The notes: generated by a model from the sequence alone, not told the origin. A stretch of DNA of 64,000 nucleotides from Octopus sinensis (GCF_006345805.1 NC_042998.1:62124001-62188000), one strand, 5' to 3'; counted from the stretch's first letter, positions 1 to 11,510 are shown. Made by a program: numbers and translations.

Positions 1-233
1 CTTTTCTTCCAGCTGTTACATATTTTTACATGCCACTGGGTCCAGAGTGGGGACAAAGATGAGAATATGTTTGTGTCTGCTTGTGATTATAAGGCCTCCT
101 AAAACAGTTTGTGGAAGCATGTGTGTATGTCTCTTCTGTTTTTTAATTATTATAAATCTTCCACTGAGGAGGGTGCTGGTCTCCAACAAAGATACAAGGC
201 TTTATCTTTGGGATATAGTTAATACAGACAAAT

Positions 234-650
234 TCACATTCGTAACTTGAGAAAAATCTTGCATATTTTTACTGTTCCACTCACAGATTGCACTTGTAAT
301 GTACGAATCAGCCAGTCAATTTCTCTTTCGGAAAATCTCAGTTTATCTCGATTCTCCTTTAATCATTTACTGACAAGACCTAGTGCTCCAATTATTATTG
401 GTATGAATAGGAATTCATAGTCTGGAGGTTTTGAAGCAGTTATCCATAGATATCAATTTTTCCTTTGATTTTCAAAGAAATGTTTATATCTGCAGGGTAG
501 CTGACCTCTATGATGGTAGATACCTTTGAATCTCTGTCCCAAACAACAATATCTGGCCTGTTGTATTTACATTTGACGGAAGTTTTGATGGGAATATTCC
601 ACCAGTATTCCTTGTGTTGGTGTTAATGAATGTAACAGAGGGATTTTCTA
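234..650 (-). mobile_element. R4/Dong-like non-LTR retrotransposon 3' fragment (restriction-like endonuclease domain), degenerate
   Basis: Minus-strand translation gives YWWNIPIKTSVKCKYNRPDIVVWDRDSKVSTIIEVSYPADIN and YEFLFIPIIIGALGLVSK...QVQSVSGTVKICKIFLK, the RPD...E motif and C-terminus typical of RLE-type LINEs; contains stops and a frameshift. Confidence 0.8.
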
Positions 651-740
651 AGTTTATTTCAGGACAGTCTTTTTAGCGGATGGCATTGTAAATTGTTTTA
701 GCAACAACATCGTGCCACATAGGGAGTTAGTATTGTGGTG

Positions 741-754
741 CATATGTGTGTGCG

Positions 755-808
<54 letters not shown>

Positions 809-992
809 TGTGTGTGTATGTATGTGCATATGTATGTATGTATGTCATTCAGTTTTATTCCAAGATTTCTTGCCAATACAGAAAGAGCCAGTCTCTAACC
901 TAGATCTAAGGCTCCTTCATTGGAATTTCAACATCAACAACAGGGTATGTATGTATGTATGTATGTATGTATGTATGTATGTATGTATGTAT
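741..992. repeat. (TG)n and (TATG)n microsatellites
   Basis: Directly visible simple repeats; they generate the CVCVC/HTHT ORFs in the track. Confidence 0.95.
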
Positions 993-1190
993 ACATGCAG
1001 ATTTGAATGTTTTGTCTTATATCTTCTCATGCATATAGTTGCATATCTAGACATAAATGTTAATCTTCTGGAAAGTTTTACAGATTTTTACAGTTCCAGT
1101 GATGGCTTGGATCTGTAGTCTTCAAATCAGCTTTCTCCTTTCTGGTCTCAAGATTGATATTAGGGGTAGTGTGCTACATATCCTAGTGCC
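847..1190 (-). mobile_element. 3' end (last codons plus 3' UTR) of R4/Dong-like LINE, same family as 19385-19775
   Basis: Reverse complement aligns by eye with 19385-19775 (gaaattccaatgaaggagccttagatctaggttagagac; ctacagatccaagccatcactggaactgtaaaaatctg); ends in a (CATA)n run. Confidence 0.8.
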
Positions 1191-1332
1191 CCAATAAGTA
1201 CAGATATAAGCTTGAACTTGTAATCTGAATAAAGTATGTATGTATGTGTTTGTGTGTGTGTGAGTGTGTGTGTACAGTGTGTTCAAGCTGAATTTGACAG
1301 TTTCACATAAAAGGAAAAGGGAACACAATATC

Positions 1333-1620
1333 TCATCATCATCATCATCATCATCGTTTAATGTATATTTTCCAGGCTGGCATGGGTTGGACGGTTTGAC
1401 TGAGGTCTGGAAAGCCAGTGGCTGCACCAGGCTCTAATCTGATCTGGCAATGTTTCTACAGCCTGATCTCCTTCCTAATGCCAACCACTGCAAGAATGTA
1501 GTGGGTGCTTTTTATGTTTCACTGGCACAGGAGCCACTCAGCACTGGCATCAGCCATGTTAGGATGGTGCTTTTTACATGCCACCAGCATAGGAGCCAGT
1601 CAGGCAGCACTGGCATCTCA
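1333..1620 (-). mobile_element. RTE-LINE 3'-tail repeat with (GAT)n tail
   Basis: catcatcat tail plus conserved body (ccatgc..gcatgggttggacggtttgac; ttcctaatgccaaccact) shared with about 20 other copies and with RTE ORF2 ends in the window. Confidence 0.85.
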
Positions 1621-1699
1621 TCCAAAAATAAAAGTATTTTAGAATATCAAAAAAATATCAACTAGATTATAGCTGGGGGATAACTGTTTCCTCTAAGTA

Positions 1700-2648
1700 T
1701 CCACTCCCAGCTTCCACCATAGCCTCAAGATGGCCCTGGAACCTGGCACATGCATTCCTCACTGTGTTTCTGGGAAGATCTTCAAAAACGTCCTTCATCA
1801 TGGCCACCAGCTCAAGCATTTTGTTGTCAGCAGAGCAGTCTTTCTCAACTGCACCTGATGCATAGTAATGTATGGGATTACAATCAGAGGAATTAGCAGA
1901 CTAGAAATTGGGGCTGGTGAAGTCATAGAAGTTCTCCAACAACCACTTCTGAATCTTTCTGGAAGTATGGCAACAAGCCAAAACCTCCTCAAAAGAAAGC
2001 AAAAAAAAAAAGGTGGTCAACAATGGTTGCCCACCGAACGACCCTAAAGCTGTGGGAGCAGGGGAAGATCCTCCAGATAAAGCAGAGGTACTACATCCTC
2101 CCATAGCAAAGGGAAGAAAAAGAAAAAAGAAAAATATAAACAATGGGACATTGCCGGTGGTTGATGATACACTGCCGGCATGTCCTGGTGAGAAGTGTGC
2201 CACCAAGAGAAAAAACTCTGGCCACTGCCAGAGCGATGAGAGACGATTTTCTTATCTTCTTCCATAAGGGAAGGGCAATACAGAGTTTCTTAAGGAAACT
2301 AGAGGGCCATGGGAAGGAGCCCATGCTGTGGACTGAAGACTCGGATTGGCCTCTGCAGGTGACTACAGAGGTCATATCGGAAGTCGATATATTCAGGGTG
2401 TTGGACTCATTCCCGAAGGACCAGTTTAGGTTCACCTTCTGGAACCCCGACCTGGAGTTGGAGCATTGCCTGCGGGATGCATATGGCCTGTTTGGGGAGG
2501 AAGGATGAAGAGGTTTTAGTGCTTAAATGTTTATTACTTGTAAGAGGCTCAGCACCTCAATTTGTAATGTACTATTAAGTCCAGTAATTGTAGAACTGAG
2601 GTAAGAGGTTTAATACCTCGTTTTGTTTTTTGTTTTGGAAAAAAAAGA
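1700..2648 (+). pseudogene. Degenerate ORF1/gag-like retroelement remnant ending in an A-rich tail
   Basis: GC-richer island with broken ORFs 2013-2267 (basic RKRKKK patch) and 2143-2508, a short 3' UTR with a gaggt-ttaat-acctc stem-loop and an A run at about 2640. No diagnostic catalytic motif found. Confidence 0.35.
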
Positions 2649-2779
2649 ACAATGTTTTAGAGAAGCAGAAGATCAGTGGGCGTCTTTTGCTCCTCTCATT
2701 AATATCATAATTTTGTTTATCATTTCATCTCATTAATGTAATGTCCAGCCTGCAGCTACATCTGTGTAACGTCCTTATG

Positions 2780-3180
2780 ACAAATTATACAAATAAAAGG
2801 AACCAAAACCTGCAACCACAACATGGCTTTCCAGCAGCAACCCTTTCCAGCTAGGGTTTGACCACTGTCTCCAGCAGCTTCACATAGTTCTCTGAACTGA
2901 ACCCAAGGCTCTGTTCATCAGTTGTTGAATGAATCCTGCATGTAGACACAGTAAGAATGCCTGCTGGCCATGGCTTCAGAGTCTCCATTGCAGCTATCCA
3001 TGTCACAATTACAACCTTTACAATGTTCACATAGCATTGAACAGCAGTCATAATGTCAGCATTTTCACACCCAGCATGAATCATCATGATACAGGTAACT
3101 CTTTTCCAATGTCCGGCTGGCTCTATGTCAGCTAACTTTAACATTTATGCTCTCCAACACCAGTGACCGTTTGTCAATAA
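2780..3180 (-). mobile_element. Internally deleted Tc1/mariner transposase relic
   Basis: Minus ORF 2851-3144 joins an N-terminal HTH-like start to LGFSSENYVKLLETVVKP*LERVAAGKP, resembling the segment that precedes the QDxAP motif in mariner-type transposases. Confidence 0.6.
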
Positions 3181-3532
3181 ATCACATTGTTCTTGGAAAA
3201 AGGAGACGTAAAAATGCTTACATAATTGAATTTTTTCCTCCAATTCTCCAATCCCATGTTTTAGCCTTTCTATTATTGATTTTGTACTCATTATTTAAGT
3301 GAACATGTCTCTTTACTTCCTGAGAGACATTCAACATTACATTCTTGATTCACTGTGTCATTTTTTTGTTATAACATTATAAAAATATTATCATTTTATT
3401 GACATCAGTGATCTTTTTCAAATGTATTTTTAGCTGACCTAAACAACCAGCCACCTACACTCACTGAGGTAGCTTTTTTGCATTTTTATTTATATATTCC
3501 TACGCTTTCTACAGAGGTCATCTTAACTTTAA

Positions 3533-3745
3533 CCCTTTAGTGTTCGCATTATTCTGCCAAAATTAATGCTTTTTTTATCCACGTTGTTTTGAATTAATCA
3601 TGCATTATCTTGTAGCTATGAGATTTCAATGAGGGAGAAGTTAATTTTTAAAACGATATTGTAGGGTTGATCTGAGAGACCAGATCTGGCCAGTTTGAAC
3701 ATAAAACAGGCAGAATACTTTTGGCCGGTTATGGCCAGTTTAAAT
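3533..3745. mobile_element. Truncated TTAA-flanked (piggyBac-type) MITE, same family as 56774-56973
   Basis: TTAA followed by ccctttagtgttc; body matches 56774-56973; right TIR missing. Confidence 0.65.
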
Positions 3746-4240
3746 ACCAAACTAACTTTTCTTAGCATGTCATATTCCATCTTAGCTTTCCATTTTTCTG
3801 CATTCCATTTTCTTCTTGAAATTAGTGATTTCCCTGTATTGTTGCTAAATTCTCAGTTCTTATTAGATTCATGTCTGTGTAGGTTGCCTTGAAAACATTG
3901 TGTTTGTAGAAGTTTTGGGTATATTGGATTTCACAATCAATCTAATAAGGACTGATTTGTATATTGTACCATATATTATATCTAAAAATACTGAAGTAAT
4001 AGAAACATGTGTTGGTCTTTGTATAATGTTATCCTGTATTAAATATATGTTATTCTTTATTCTTGTTAATGTCTTTTAATATACTTTGGAATTTTTTGAA
4101 ATTATTCAATGTATTACAGCAGATGTACATTCTATTTGGATTTAACAGTTTCTTATAGCTTGACATAAGTTTGCATAGCCACTGAGTGCTTACAAGTGCC
4201 TGGATTTAAAAATACCTATTACTTTGTATTATATATATAT

Positions 4241-4626
4241 TCTTTTACTCGTTTCAGTCATTTGACTGTGGCCATGCTGGAGCACCGCCTTTAGTCAAGC
4301 AAATCAACCCTTGGACTTATTCTTTGTAAGCGTAGTACTTATTCTATCAGTTTCTTTTGCCAAACTGCTAAGTGATGGGGACATAAACACACCAGCATCG
4401 GTTGTCAAGCAATGTTAGGGGAACAAACACAGACATACAAACACACATATATATACATATATACGATGGCTTTCTTTCAGTTTCTGTCTACGAAATCCAC
4501 TCACAAGGCTTTGGTTGGCCCGAGGCTAGAGTAGAAGACACTTGCCCAAGATGCCACACAGTGGGACTGAGCCTAGTACCATGTGGTTGGTAAGCAAGCT
4601 ACTTACCACACAGCCACTCCTGTGCC
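4241..4626 (-). mobile_element. tRNA-derived SINE, family 1 (full length)
   Basis: Head gagtggctgtgtggtaag...ggt(a)c(t)agg(c)tcagtccc, long body, tail gactgaaacgagtaaaaga; about 20 related copies in the window. Confidence 0.9.
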
Positions 4627-4661
4627 AATATATATAACAACCTGCAACAATATATATAAAT

Positions 4662-4728
<67 letters not shown>

Positions 4729-5370
4729 AACAACCAGTTAATGATGTGGATTTAAAAAATAACATATGAATATAAACAAATTACAGAAACTCCCACCAAT
4801 TGAAATAAAAATGATCAAAACCAATTAAGTTTACTCACTCATAAACTGCAGGCTAATTAGTTAAACTAGAGGTGGGATCTATACCAGTAATATCACTATG
4901 CCCATAAGAGGTACAAAAAGGAAGAAATCAGTAATTTTACTACATTTGTCAAGACCTCTAGTGTCAGTTAAATACATTTTGAAATTTGATGATTACTACA
5001 AATGTATAATAATAATAATAATAATAATAATGATGATGATGATGATGATGAAATGTGTATAAAGCATGTGCCTTAATGTACAAATGTCTGGGAAGTGAAC
5101 AGTGTATGAGTCAGATACATGCTTGCGTGTGTATTGGAGTGGAGAAAATCAGATAAGCACTAATTGTCTTTTATGAACATTACAAAATATTTTTTTAATG
5201 TTCAACACACTTCAACATTGTAAAAAAAATTTTTATTTTTTTTAACTACTGTAATAAAAGAAAAAAATATGTAAACCAGACCATGTTTTAACTTTATTCA
5301 ACTGATATATTATTCTATATATATTTACACAAATTCAGAAAAAAAAATAATATATACATATATAATATTC

Positions 5371-5572
5371 TTTTACTCTTTTATTTGTTTCAGTCATTTG
5401 ACTGTGACCATGCTGGAGCATCACCTTTAGTCGAACAAATTGACCCCATGACTTATTCTTTGTAAGAGTAGTACTTAATCTATCAGTCTGTTTTGCTGAA
5501 CTGGTAAGTTACGGGGACATAAACACACCGACATTGGTTGTCAAGCAATGGTGGGGGAACAAACACACACAC

Positions 5573-5605
<33 letters not shown>

Positions 5606-5776
5606 CACACACACACACACACGTGCGATGGGCTTTTTCAGTTTCCGTCTACCAAATCCACTCACAAGGCTTTGGTCAGCCGAGGCTATAGTGGAAGACC
5701 CTTGACCAAGATACCACACAGTGACACTGAACCCAGAACCATGTGGTTGGTAAGCAACCTACTTACCACATAGCCA

Positions 5777-5779
<3 letters not shown>
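5371..5779 (-). mobile_element. tRNA-derived SINE, family 1
   Basis: Same head, body and tail as 4241-4626, with an internal (CA/CATA)n expansion. Confidence 0.9.
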
Positions 5780-5820
<41 letters not shown>

Positions 5821-6159
5821 TTATCAGCTGCACATACATATGTGTTTAGTTTATATGCCAGTTTGCTGTTAGATAGCATGAATGGGAAGATCCTTACATG
5901 ATGCCAAAAGTTAAAGAGTACTGAATGTCTTAGACTAGGTGAGACAACTTGCTCCAATGAAGAGGAAGAAGAATGATAGATATTGATATTTTGCTATTAC
6001 TCTGATTCTTCAGTACCATCACTGCTCTAGAACATTCAATAGGTCTTTAACAGAACCTAAAAGATTCTTTGGGGATACATGGTGTATCTTATAAATACGC
6101 CTCTTCAAGTACTGTAAAAGTATGAAACCATTAGTAATTCTCTTAGTTGTGTATCACAA

Positions 6160-6430
6160 GGTCATTGCCAGTGCCACTTGACTGGCTCCTGTGCAAGTGG
6201 CACGTAAAAAACACCACTTGAGTGTGGCCGTTGCCAGTACCACCTGACTGGCACGTAAAAGCACCCACTACACTCTTGGAGTGGTTGGTGTTAGGAAGGG
6301 CATCCAGCTGTAGAAACTCTTTAGATCAGATTGGAGCATGGTGCAGCCATCTGGTTTGCCAGTCCTCAGTCAAATCGTTCAACCCATGCTAGCATGGATA
6401 GTGGATGTTAAACGATGATGATGATAATGA
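6160..6430 (+). mobile_element. RTE-LINE 3'-tail repeat
   Basis: ggcacgtaaaagcacccactacactc...catgctagcatgg...gttaaacgatgatgatg. Confidence 0.85.
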
Positions 6431-6511
6431 TACATATATATATATATTAAACAGAATGAGATAACAAAGGCAAGGCTGTAAGGAGTTTTCAGGACATTTA
6501 TAAGGAAATAG

Positions 6512-6557
6512 TCTTACAGCTGTTTCTGGGATATTATGGATATCCCTTCATCAGAGA
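6512..6557 (-). ncRNA. Minimal hammerhead ribozyme motif (Penelope-like LTR fragment, about 6447-6597)
   Basis: Minus strand reads TCT-CTGATGA-A-GGGATAT-ccata-ATATCCC-A-GAAA-CAGCTG-T-A-AGA: intact CUGAUGA and GAAA cores, 7-bp helix II, palindromic helix III ACAGCTGT, GUA triplet. Helix I is only 3 bp. Confidence 0.65.
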
Positions 6558-6615
6558 TGGTGTGAGATGGTTAAATAGAGAAAATATTTGAGTTTCATAT
6601 ATATATATATATGTA

Positions 6616-7020
6616 TATATTATATTAAATTAGAGACAAAACCACTATTATGCAAATCAAACAAAGAAAGACTTAAGCCAATACATAAAATAATTTATAT
6701 AAATTAAATTTAATTAAAATAACCACTACGATCGTTTCGTGTCAGCACTTCATAGTTTAAAACTTGCAAAGAAGGTTTTGAAACCACCTGAAGAATGTCT
6801 CATAGAAGTGCTGACACGAAACGATCGTAGTGGTTATTTTAATTAAATTTAATTTATATAAATTATTTTATGCATTGGCTTAAGTCTTTCTTTGTTTGAT
6901 TTGCATAATAGTGGTTTTGTCTCTAATTTAATATAATATAATATTTTACTATAAAATTGGATTCAATCCTAAATCTGATTTTTCCCTGTAAATTTGGATT
7001 TATTCCCTAATATTTATTAT
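6616..7020 (+). mobile_element. Penelope-like pseudo-LTR in fold-back arrangement (136-bp inverted arms 6616-6751 and 6805-6940)
   Basis: The arms are reverse complements with one visible mismatch. The right arm contains a hammerhead motif and continues as an AT-rich tail. An inverted truncated LTR next to a direct LTR is the known architecture of Penelope insertions. Confidence 0.75.
6782..6835 (+). ncRNA. Type I minimal hammerhead ribozyme
   Basis: AACCAC-CTGAAGA-A-TGTC-(13 nt)-GACA-C-GAAA-CGATCG-T-A-GTGGTT: 6-bp helix I, CUGANGA core 6788-6794, GAAA 6818-6821, palindromic helix III ACGATCGT, predicted cleavage after GUA at A6829. A-C mismatch at the base of helix II. Confidence 0.8.
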
Positions 7021-7830
7021 CATTATATATGTATATATATATGTATACACACACAAACACATATATTTACTTACATTTATATATAGGCACATACGTATGT
7101 GTGTAAACATATCCATGGCCCATGGGAGTTTAATGGAGCCAATTTTAGTATTATTAAGTCAAAATAAATGAAACATGTGATTACTGATATATAGCTTTAA
7201 AATGTTTAAATTATTTTCAAAACTATAACACAATAGCCTTGTTATTGGTTATTGTTATTTGGACCTCAAGCAGTCCCCTGATTACAGTGACCTTCACTCA
7301 AAAGCATTCCAACTATGGCCACTCCATCTTTATTTTCTGGGTATCTAGAACTACATTATTCAATGTATTGTTCATTGTTTTAAGATGGCTGGCTTTGATT
7401 TGAGAGAAATTTGACTGCTATTTCTAGCAGATCTAACAACCACAAAGAGGCTCCAATGTCATTTTGATCTTCACGGATATGAATAGTTGGTCACATTTAT
7501 TTTCATTTGTTGTCTATTGAAAATGAAATTTGTTTTCAGTGACTTTGAATTTCAAGTACATCTGCTGTGCATGATTTTGCAGGTTTTGGTACGCCTGACA
7601 AAACTTGTTCATTGGGTTATACTAAGATATAAATAAATTTACTAAGATAAAATGAAAAGGATGTAATAGTATTTGAATACTTCAGATTTTTGACCCACAA
7701 TAAAATAAAATATGGTGAATAACTACTGCATTGTTTGGTGACAAATATTTTATCTAGCATTATTGTAAAATATTGCATTATTTCATAAAAATTTTTGATA
7801 CACTGCTAAAAGTTGAGTGTAAAATACCTA

Positions 7831-9088
7831 CAGGGAGGGGAAGTAAAATTTACAATATTTTGAGCCAGGGATTGAAAGACAGTGTATGACCAATTAGTTT
7901 ATTGAAAGTCATGAGAATTTATTGGCCACAAGAAAATTTACGTAAGAGAAAATATTTTTATTCTATGTGTCCTCCTTCTTTCTCAATAACTACATTCACA
8001 CACTCCCTGAAACTTGCACAAGTCTTCCTCAAATATTCAGGAGACAACTTCTCCCATTCTTCTTTAATAGTATCTTTAAGACAGTCGACATTGCTGTGTG
8101 ATGTTCTATTGGTAGCATGTTCTAAAACGCCCCAAATAGCATAATCCAGAGAGTTTAGATCTGGGCTAGAAGGCGGCCATAAACATGATTCCAAAAAATT
8201 GCTAAAGTTGGATTTGCAGAAATCTTGTATTTTTCTAGCTCTGTAGGCTGGAGCACCATCCTGTGTCCATACATAATTATCATCTGGGTAGTTTGCTTTA
8301 AGCCATGACAATACCCGGTATCTCAGCGTCTTGTAGTAAGTATTAACATTGATCTTTTCATTAGTTTTGTAGAATTTTATAGGCATTTTCTTTCCATCGG
8401 AAGCCACAAAACCAAAAGCCATAACCTGAGCAGGATGTTTTGTTTTGAATGTCCCCATAATCTCAGCTGTTGATTTTGCGATAAATCTGTCATTTCTGCA
8501 GTTCAGAACAGCATCAACAGTGAATATCTTTCCATCTGAACCATGTAATAATTTTCTTGCACCTTTCCAATCTCTTTTCCTTCATAGCTGTTGTCAACAA
8601 GCGTTTTGATGTTCTTGTGTAAGATTTTAACCTCAAATCATATTTTACTGAATTTCTAAATGTCTTGTTGTCTACCTCAAGTTCAATTGCCATTTTTCTC
8701 ATGGATTTGGTTGGATCCTTTAGGATTTTGGATTTGAGAGCTTTGATAAAAGCTTTGGTACGTTTTTTGTTGATTCCTCCACTTCCAGACTTCCTCGTAA
8801 TAGTTTTGCTCATAGTCATTCTATTCTTTACATTATAAACAGTCTTTATGGACACTCCAACTATTCTTGAAATCTCCTTTGGTGTGACGAGTGCATTCAG
8901 CAAATTACACACTCTTTGACACTTGCTTTCCTGATTACTCATATAGGCAAAAGTTTCTGTAAAGGTAAGGATAATAGTGTTAGGTATGATTATGACATCA
9001 ATATCTGCTACGTTTGAAAATAATTGACTCAGTGCCTGCTTTGAAAAAACAACTTAACGTTCATTGTAAATTTTGCTTCCCCACCCTG
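7831..9088 (-). mobile_element. Complete Tc1/mariner DNA transposon, DD37D (maT) family
   Basis: 26-bp TIRs cagggaggggaagtaaaatttacaat (7831-7856) and attgtaaattttgcttccccaccctg (9063-9088) with 2 mismatches; TA target duplication on both sides; internal transposase. Confidence 0.95.
7958..8942 (-). pseudogene. DD37D transposase, frameshifted near 8540
   Basis: N-terminal HTH ORF 8514-8942 and C-terminal ORF 7958-8458 with QDGAP and WPPSSPDLNSLDY; 37 residues between the second and third Asp. The first-Asp segment (SDGKIFTVDAVLN) lies in the downstream frame just after an apparent small deletion. Confidence 0.92.
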
Positions 9089-9409
9089 TACAAGTAACAA
9101 TGAGGTATATGGTCATGTGTGTGTGTATGCATATACATACATACATATTTTTACAAGCAGTTAAATAATGTCCGGTCAACAAGCGACCAATAGTTTTGCA
9201 TTCATAAAGCATTTGGCCTTTATAGATGGGTGTCAGTTGATGAGCCATCTATAAGGCCTGGCACTTTATGGTTGTGAAACCATTGCTCACTCTATGACCC
9301 AACATATATTTAACTGCTTGTAAATACATTACTGTTCTATTCTTTAGAGTATGTTCCTTTTCGAATATAAGATCCACTGACAATATATAGATCTTAAAAT
9401 ATCTAGCGA

Positions 9410-10505
9410 TGTAGGTTATAGTTACCTGTATAGTTAACCAGGTGATACACAAAGGAGTCATCCCCAAAAGCTAGTGTAGCAGCACTGTAGTCAACTGCTA
9501 CAAAGGTACAGGTGATGCCTTAGATAGAAATAATTACAGAGGTATCAGATTGTTGGATCAGGTGATGAAAGTCAGGGAGAAGGTCATAGCCCAACTAATT
9601 AGGGAGAGAGTTAGTTTAGATGAGATGCAGTTTGGTTTTGTGCCAGGGAGAAGCACCACTGATGCTATATTTCTGGTGAGACAGCTGCAGGAGAAATACC
9701 TAGCCAAAGATAAACCTCTGTACCTAGCTTTTGTTGACATGGAGAAAGCCTTTGACAGGGTCCCCTAATCCCTTATCTGGAGGTCAGTGTGGAAACTTGG
9801 GATAGATGAGTGGTTGGTAAGAACTGTACAAGCCATGTACAGGGATGCTGTCAATAAGGTGAGGGTTGGCAACAAGTATAGCAAAGAATTCAGGGTAGAC
9901 GTAAGGGTTCACCAAGGATCAATCATCAGCCTCCTCTTGTTCATCATAGTCCTCCATGCAATAACAGAGGAATTCAAGACAAGCTGCTCCCAGGAGCTCC
10001 TTTATGCCGATAACCTAGCTCTAATAGCTGAATCACTACCAGAACTAGAAAAGAAGTTTCAGGTGTGGAAATAAAGTCTAGGATCAAAGGGCCTTAGAGT
10101 TAACCAAGCATAAACCAAAGTCATAGCAAGTAGGAAGGCTGACAAATCACAAATCTCTTCAGGTTGATAGCCCTACTCAGTCTGTAGAAAAGGCGCAGGT
10201 AGAAACTCTGTAAGATGTACCTGTTGTAAGTTATGGACACATAAGAAGTGCAGCAATATCAGAGGAAGATAGTTTTTGTGTGTGGAAGGCACACTAGTAC
10301 AATAAACACCAAAAATGTACAGAAAATAGATTCCATCACATGTCAAGGAGGAAGACTAAAAGTAGTTTATAGTTTCTGTTACCAAGGCGACCAAGTTAGT
10401 AGTTGGGGTAGATGCTCCGAGAGCATAGCTGCTACAATACAAGTAGACTGGGCAACCATACTACACAGCAGTGAAACAAGGGTTGTGACTGTTAAGGACA
10501 TGCTA
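9410..10505 (+). pseudogene. RTE-clade LINE ORF2 fragment (reverse transcriptase plus Cys/His-rich motif)
   Basis: NYRGIRLL, QFGFVPGRSTTDAIF, LAFVDMEKAFDRVP, VHQGS, LLYADNL RT motifs; multiple stops. Confidence 0.93.
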
Positions 10506-10539
10506 GAAGGCTTTGTTGGATGTGTTATGAAGCTAGTAG

Positions 10540-10930
10540 GCCTTGTTGGATGTGTAATGTCAGTGTGCAGTCTGATCTGGCAGTGTTTCTACAGCTGGAT
10601 ACCCTTCCTAACGCCAACCACTCCGTGAGTGTAGTGGGTGCTTTTTACGTGCCACCTGCACAGGTGCCAGGCAAGGCTGGCAATGGCCACGATTCGGATG
10701 GTGCTTTTTATGTGCCACCGGCCCGGAAGCCAGTCTAGGCGGCGCTGGCATCGGCCACCTTCAGATGGTGCTTTTTACGTGCCACCGGCTCAGGGATCAC
10801 AACTGCAGTTTCCATTGATTTTGATGTCGGTGTACTTGACTCAATGGATCTCCTCAAGCACAGGGTCGAATTGGTGTTTCTTCACTTGCCACCTGCACAG
10901 GAGTCAGTCCAGCGGTCCTGGAAACTGCCA
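10540..10930 (-). mobile_element. RTE-LINE 3'-tail repeat with tandem ggtgctttttacgtgccacc units
   Basis: Same body as other copies, with 4-5 imperfect internal repeat units of about 45 bp. Confidence 0.8.
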
Positions 10931-11036
10931 GGTGCCAGTCGTAGGATTGGTTCAATTTCGATTTCACTTGCCCCAACAGGTCTTCGCAAGCAGAGTTTAG
11001 TGTTCCCTGTAGAAATATTTAACTTGTATAAAATAC

Positions 11037-11079
11037 CTCTTTTAGCTGCCTCTTCTGATGTTTTATCAAATTGCCATAA
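11037..11079 (-). other. Candidate 43-nt exon (LWQFDKTSEEAAKR in phase 0)
   Basis: tttttctag acceptor and AG|gtattt donor around an open stretch; no homology recognised. Confidence 0.2.
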
Positions 11080-11211
11080 CACTAGAAAAATTGCAATAAC
11101 ATGTAATTAGAATATTCATACAGATTTTTCCTTTCTTGAAGTGTGTATACATTTTTTTTTTCATTCTCCGTATATGTTACTAATTCTTCACATTTTCACA
11201 TTCTTTAATAG

Positions 11212-11331
11212 ACAGCTGTAGGCAACGTAGGATGGCATAGGACAGATATCACAGGACACATCTCAATTTCAGTAGCATACATTCTGGCAAAAAGATTTTA
11301 GTACATTAAGAGATATAATATAGGCCTCAGA
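11212..11331 (+). other. Candidate non-coding exon
   Basis: tactaat branch-like motif, pyrimidine tract and AG acceptor; A|gtgagt donor; stops in all three frames. Confidence 0.3.
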
Positions 11332-11510
11332 GTGAGTTTTCAATTTTTTTTTTATTCTTAAAACGCATCTTCAATGCCATCAAATATGGTACACAGTTTT
11401 GCAGTGTTAGTGATATGACAAATTACACAAAAGGTGTGAACATTGTATAATCCATTTTTGTTTTTCGTTATGATAACTAAACATAAATTTTAGATTTATC
11501 TCTTAATTAA

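Noticed and set aside
654-1118. ORFs rich in CV/HT/MY dipeptides
   Set aside because: They are translations of (TG)n and (TATG)n microsatellites, not genes.
5483-5773. Recurrent ORFs such as MWYLGQ.../MWLVSNLL... (also 4402, 37030, 42599, 49893, 62390)
   Set aside because: They are translations of SINE family 1 copies.
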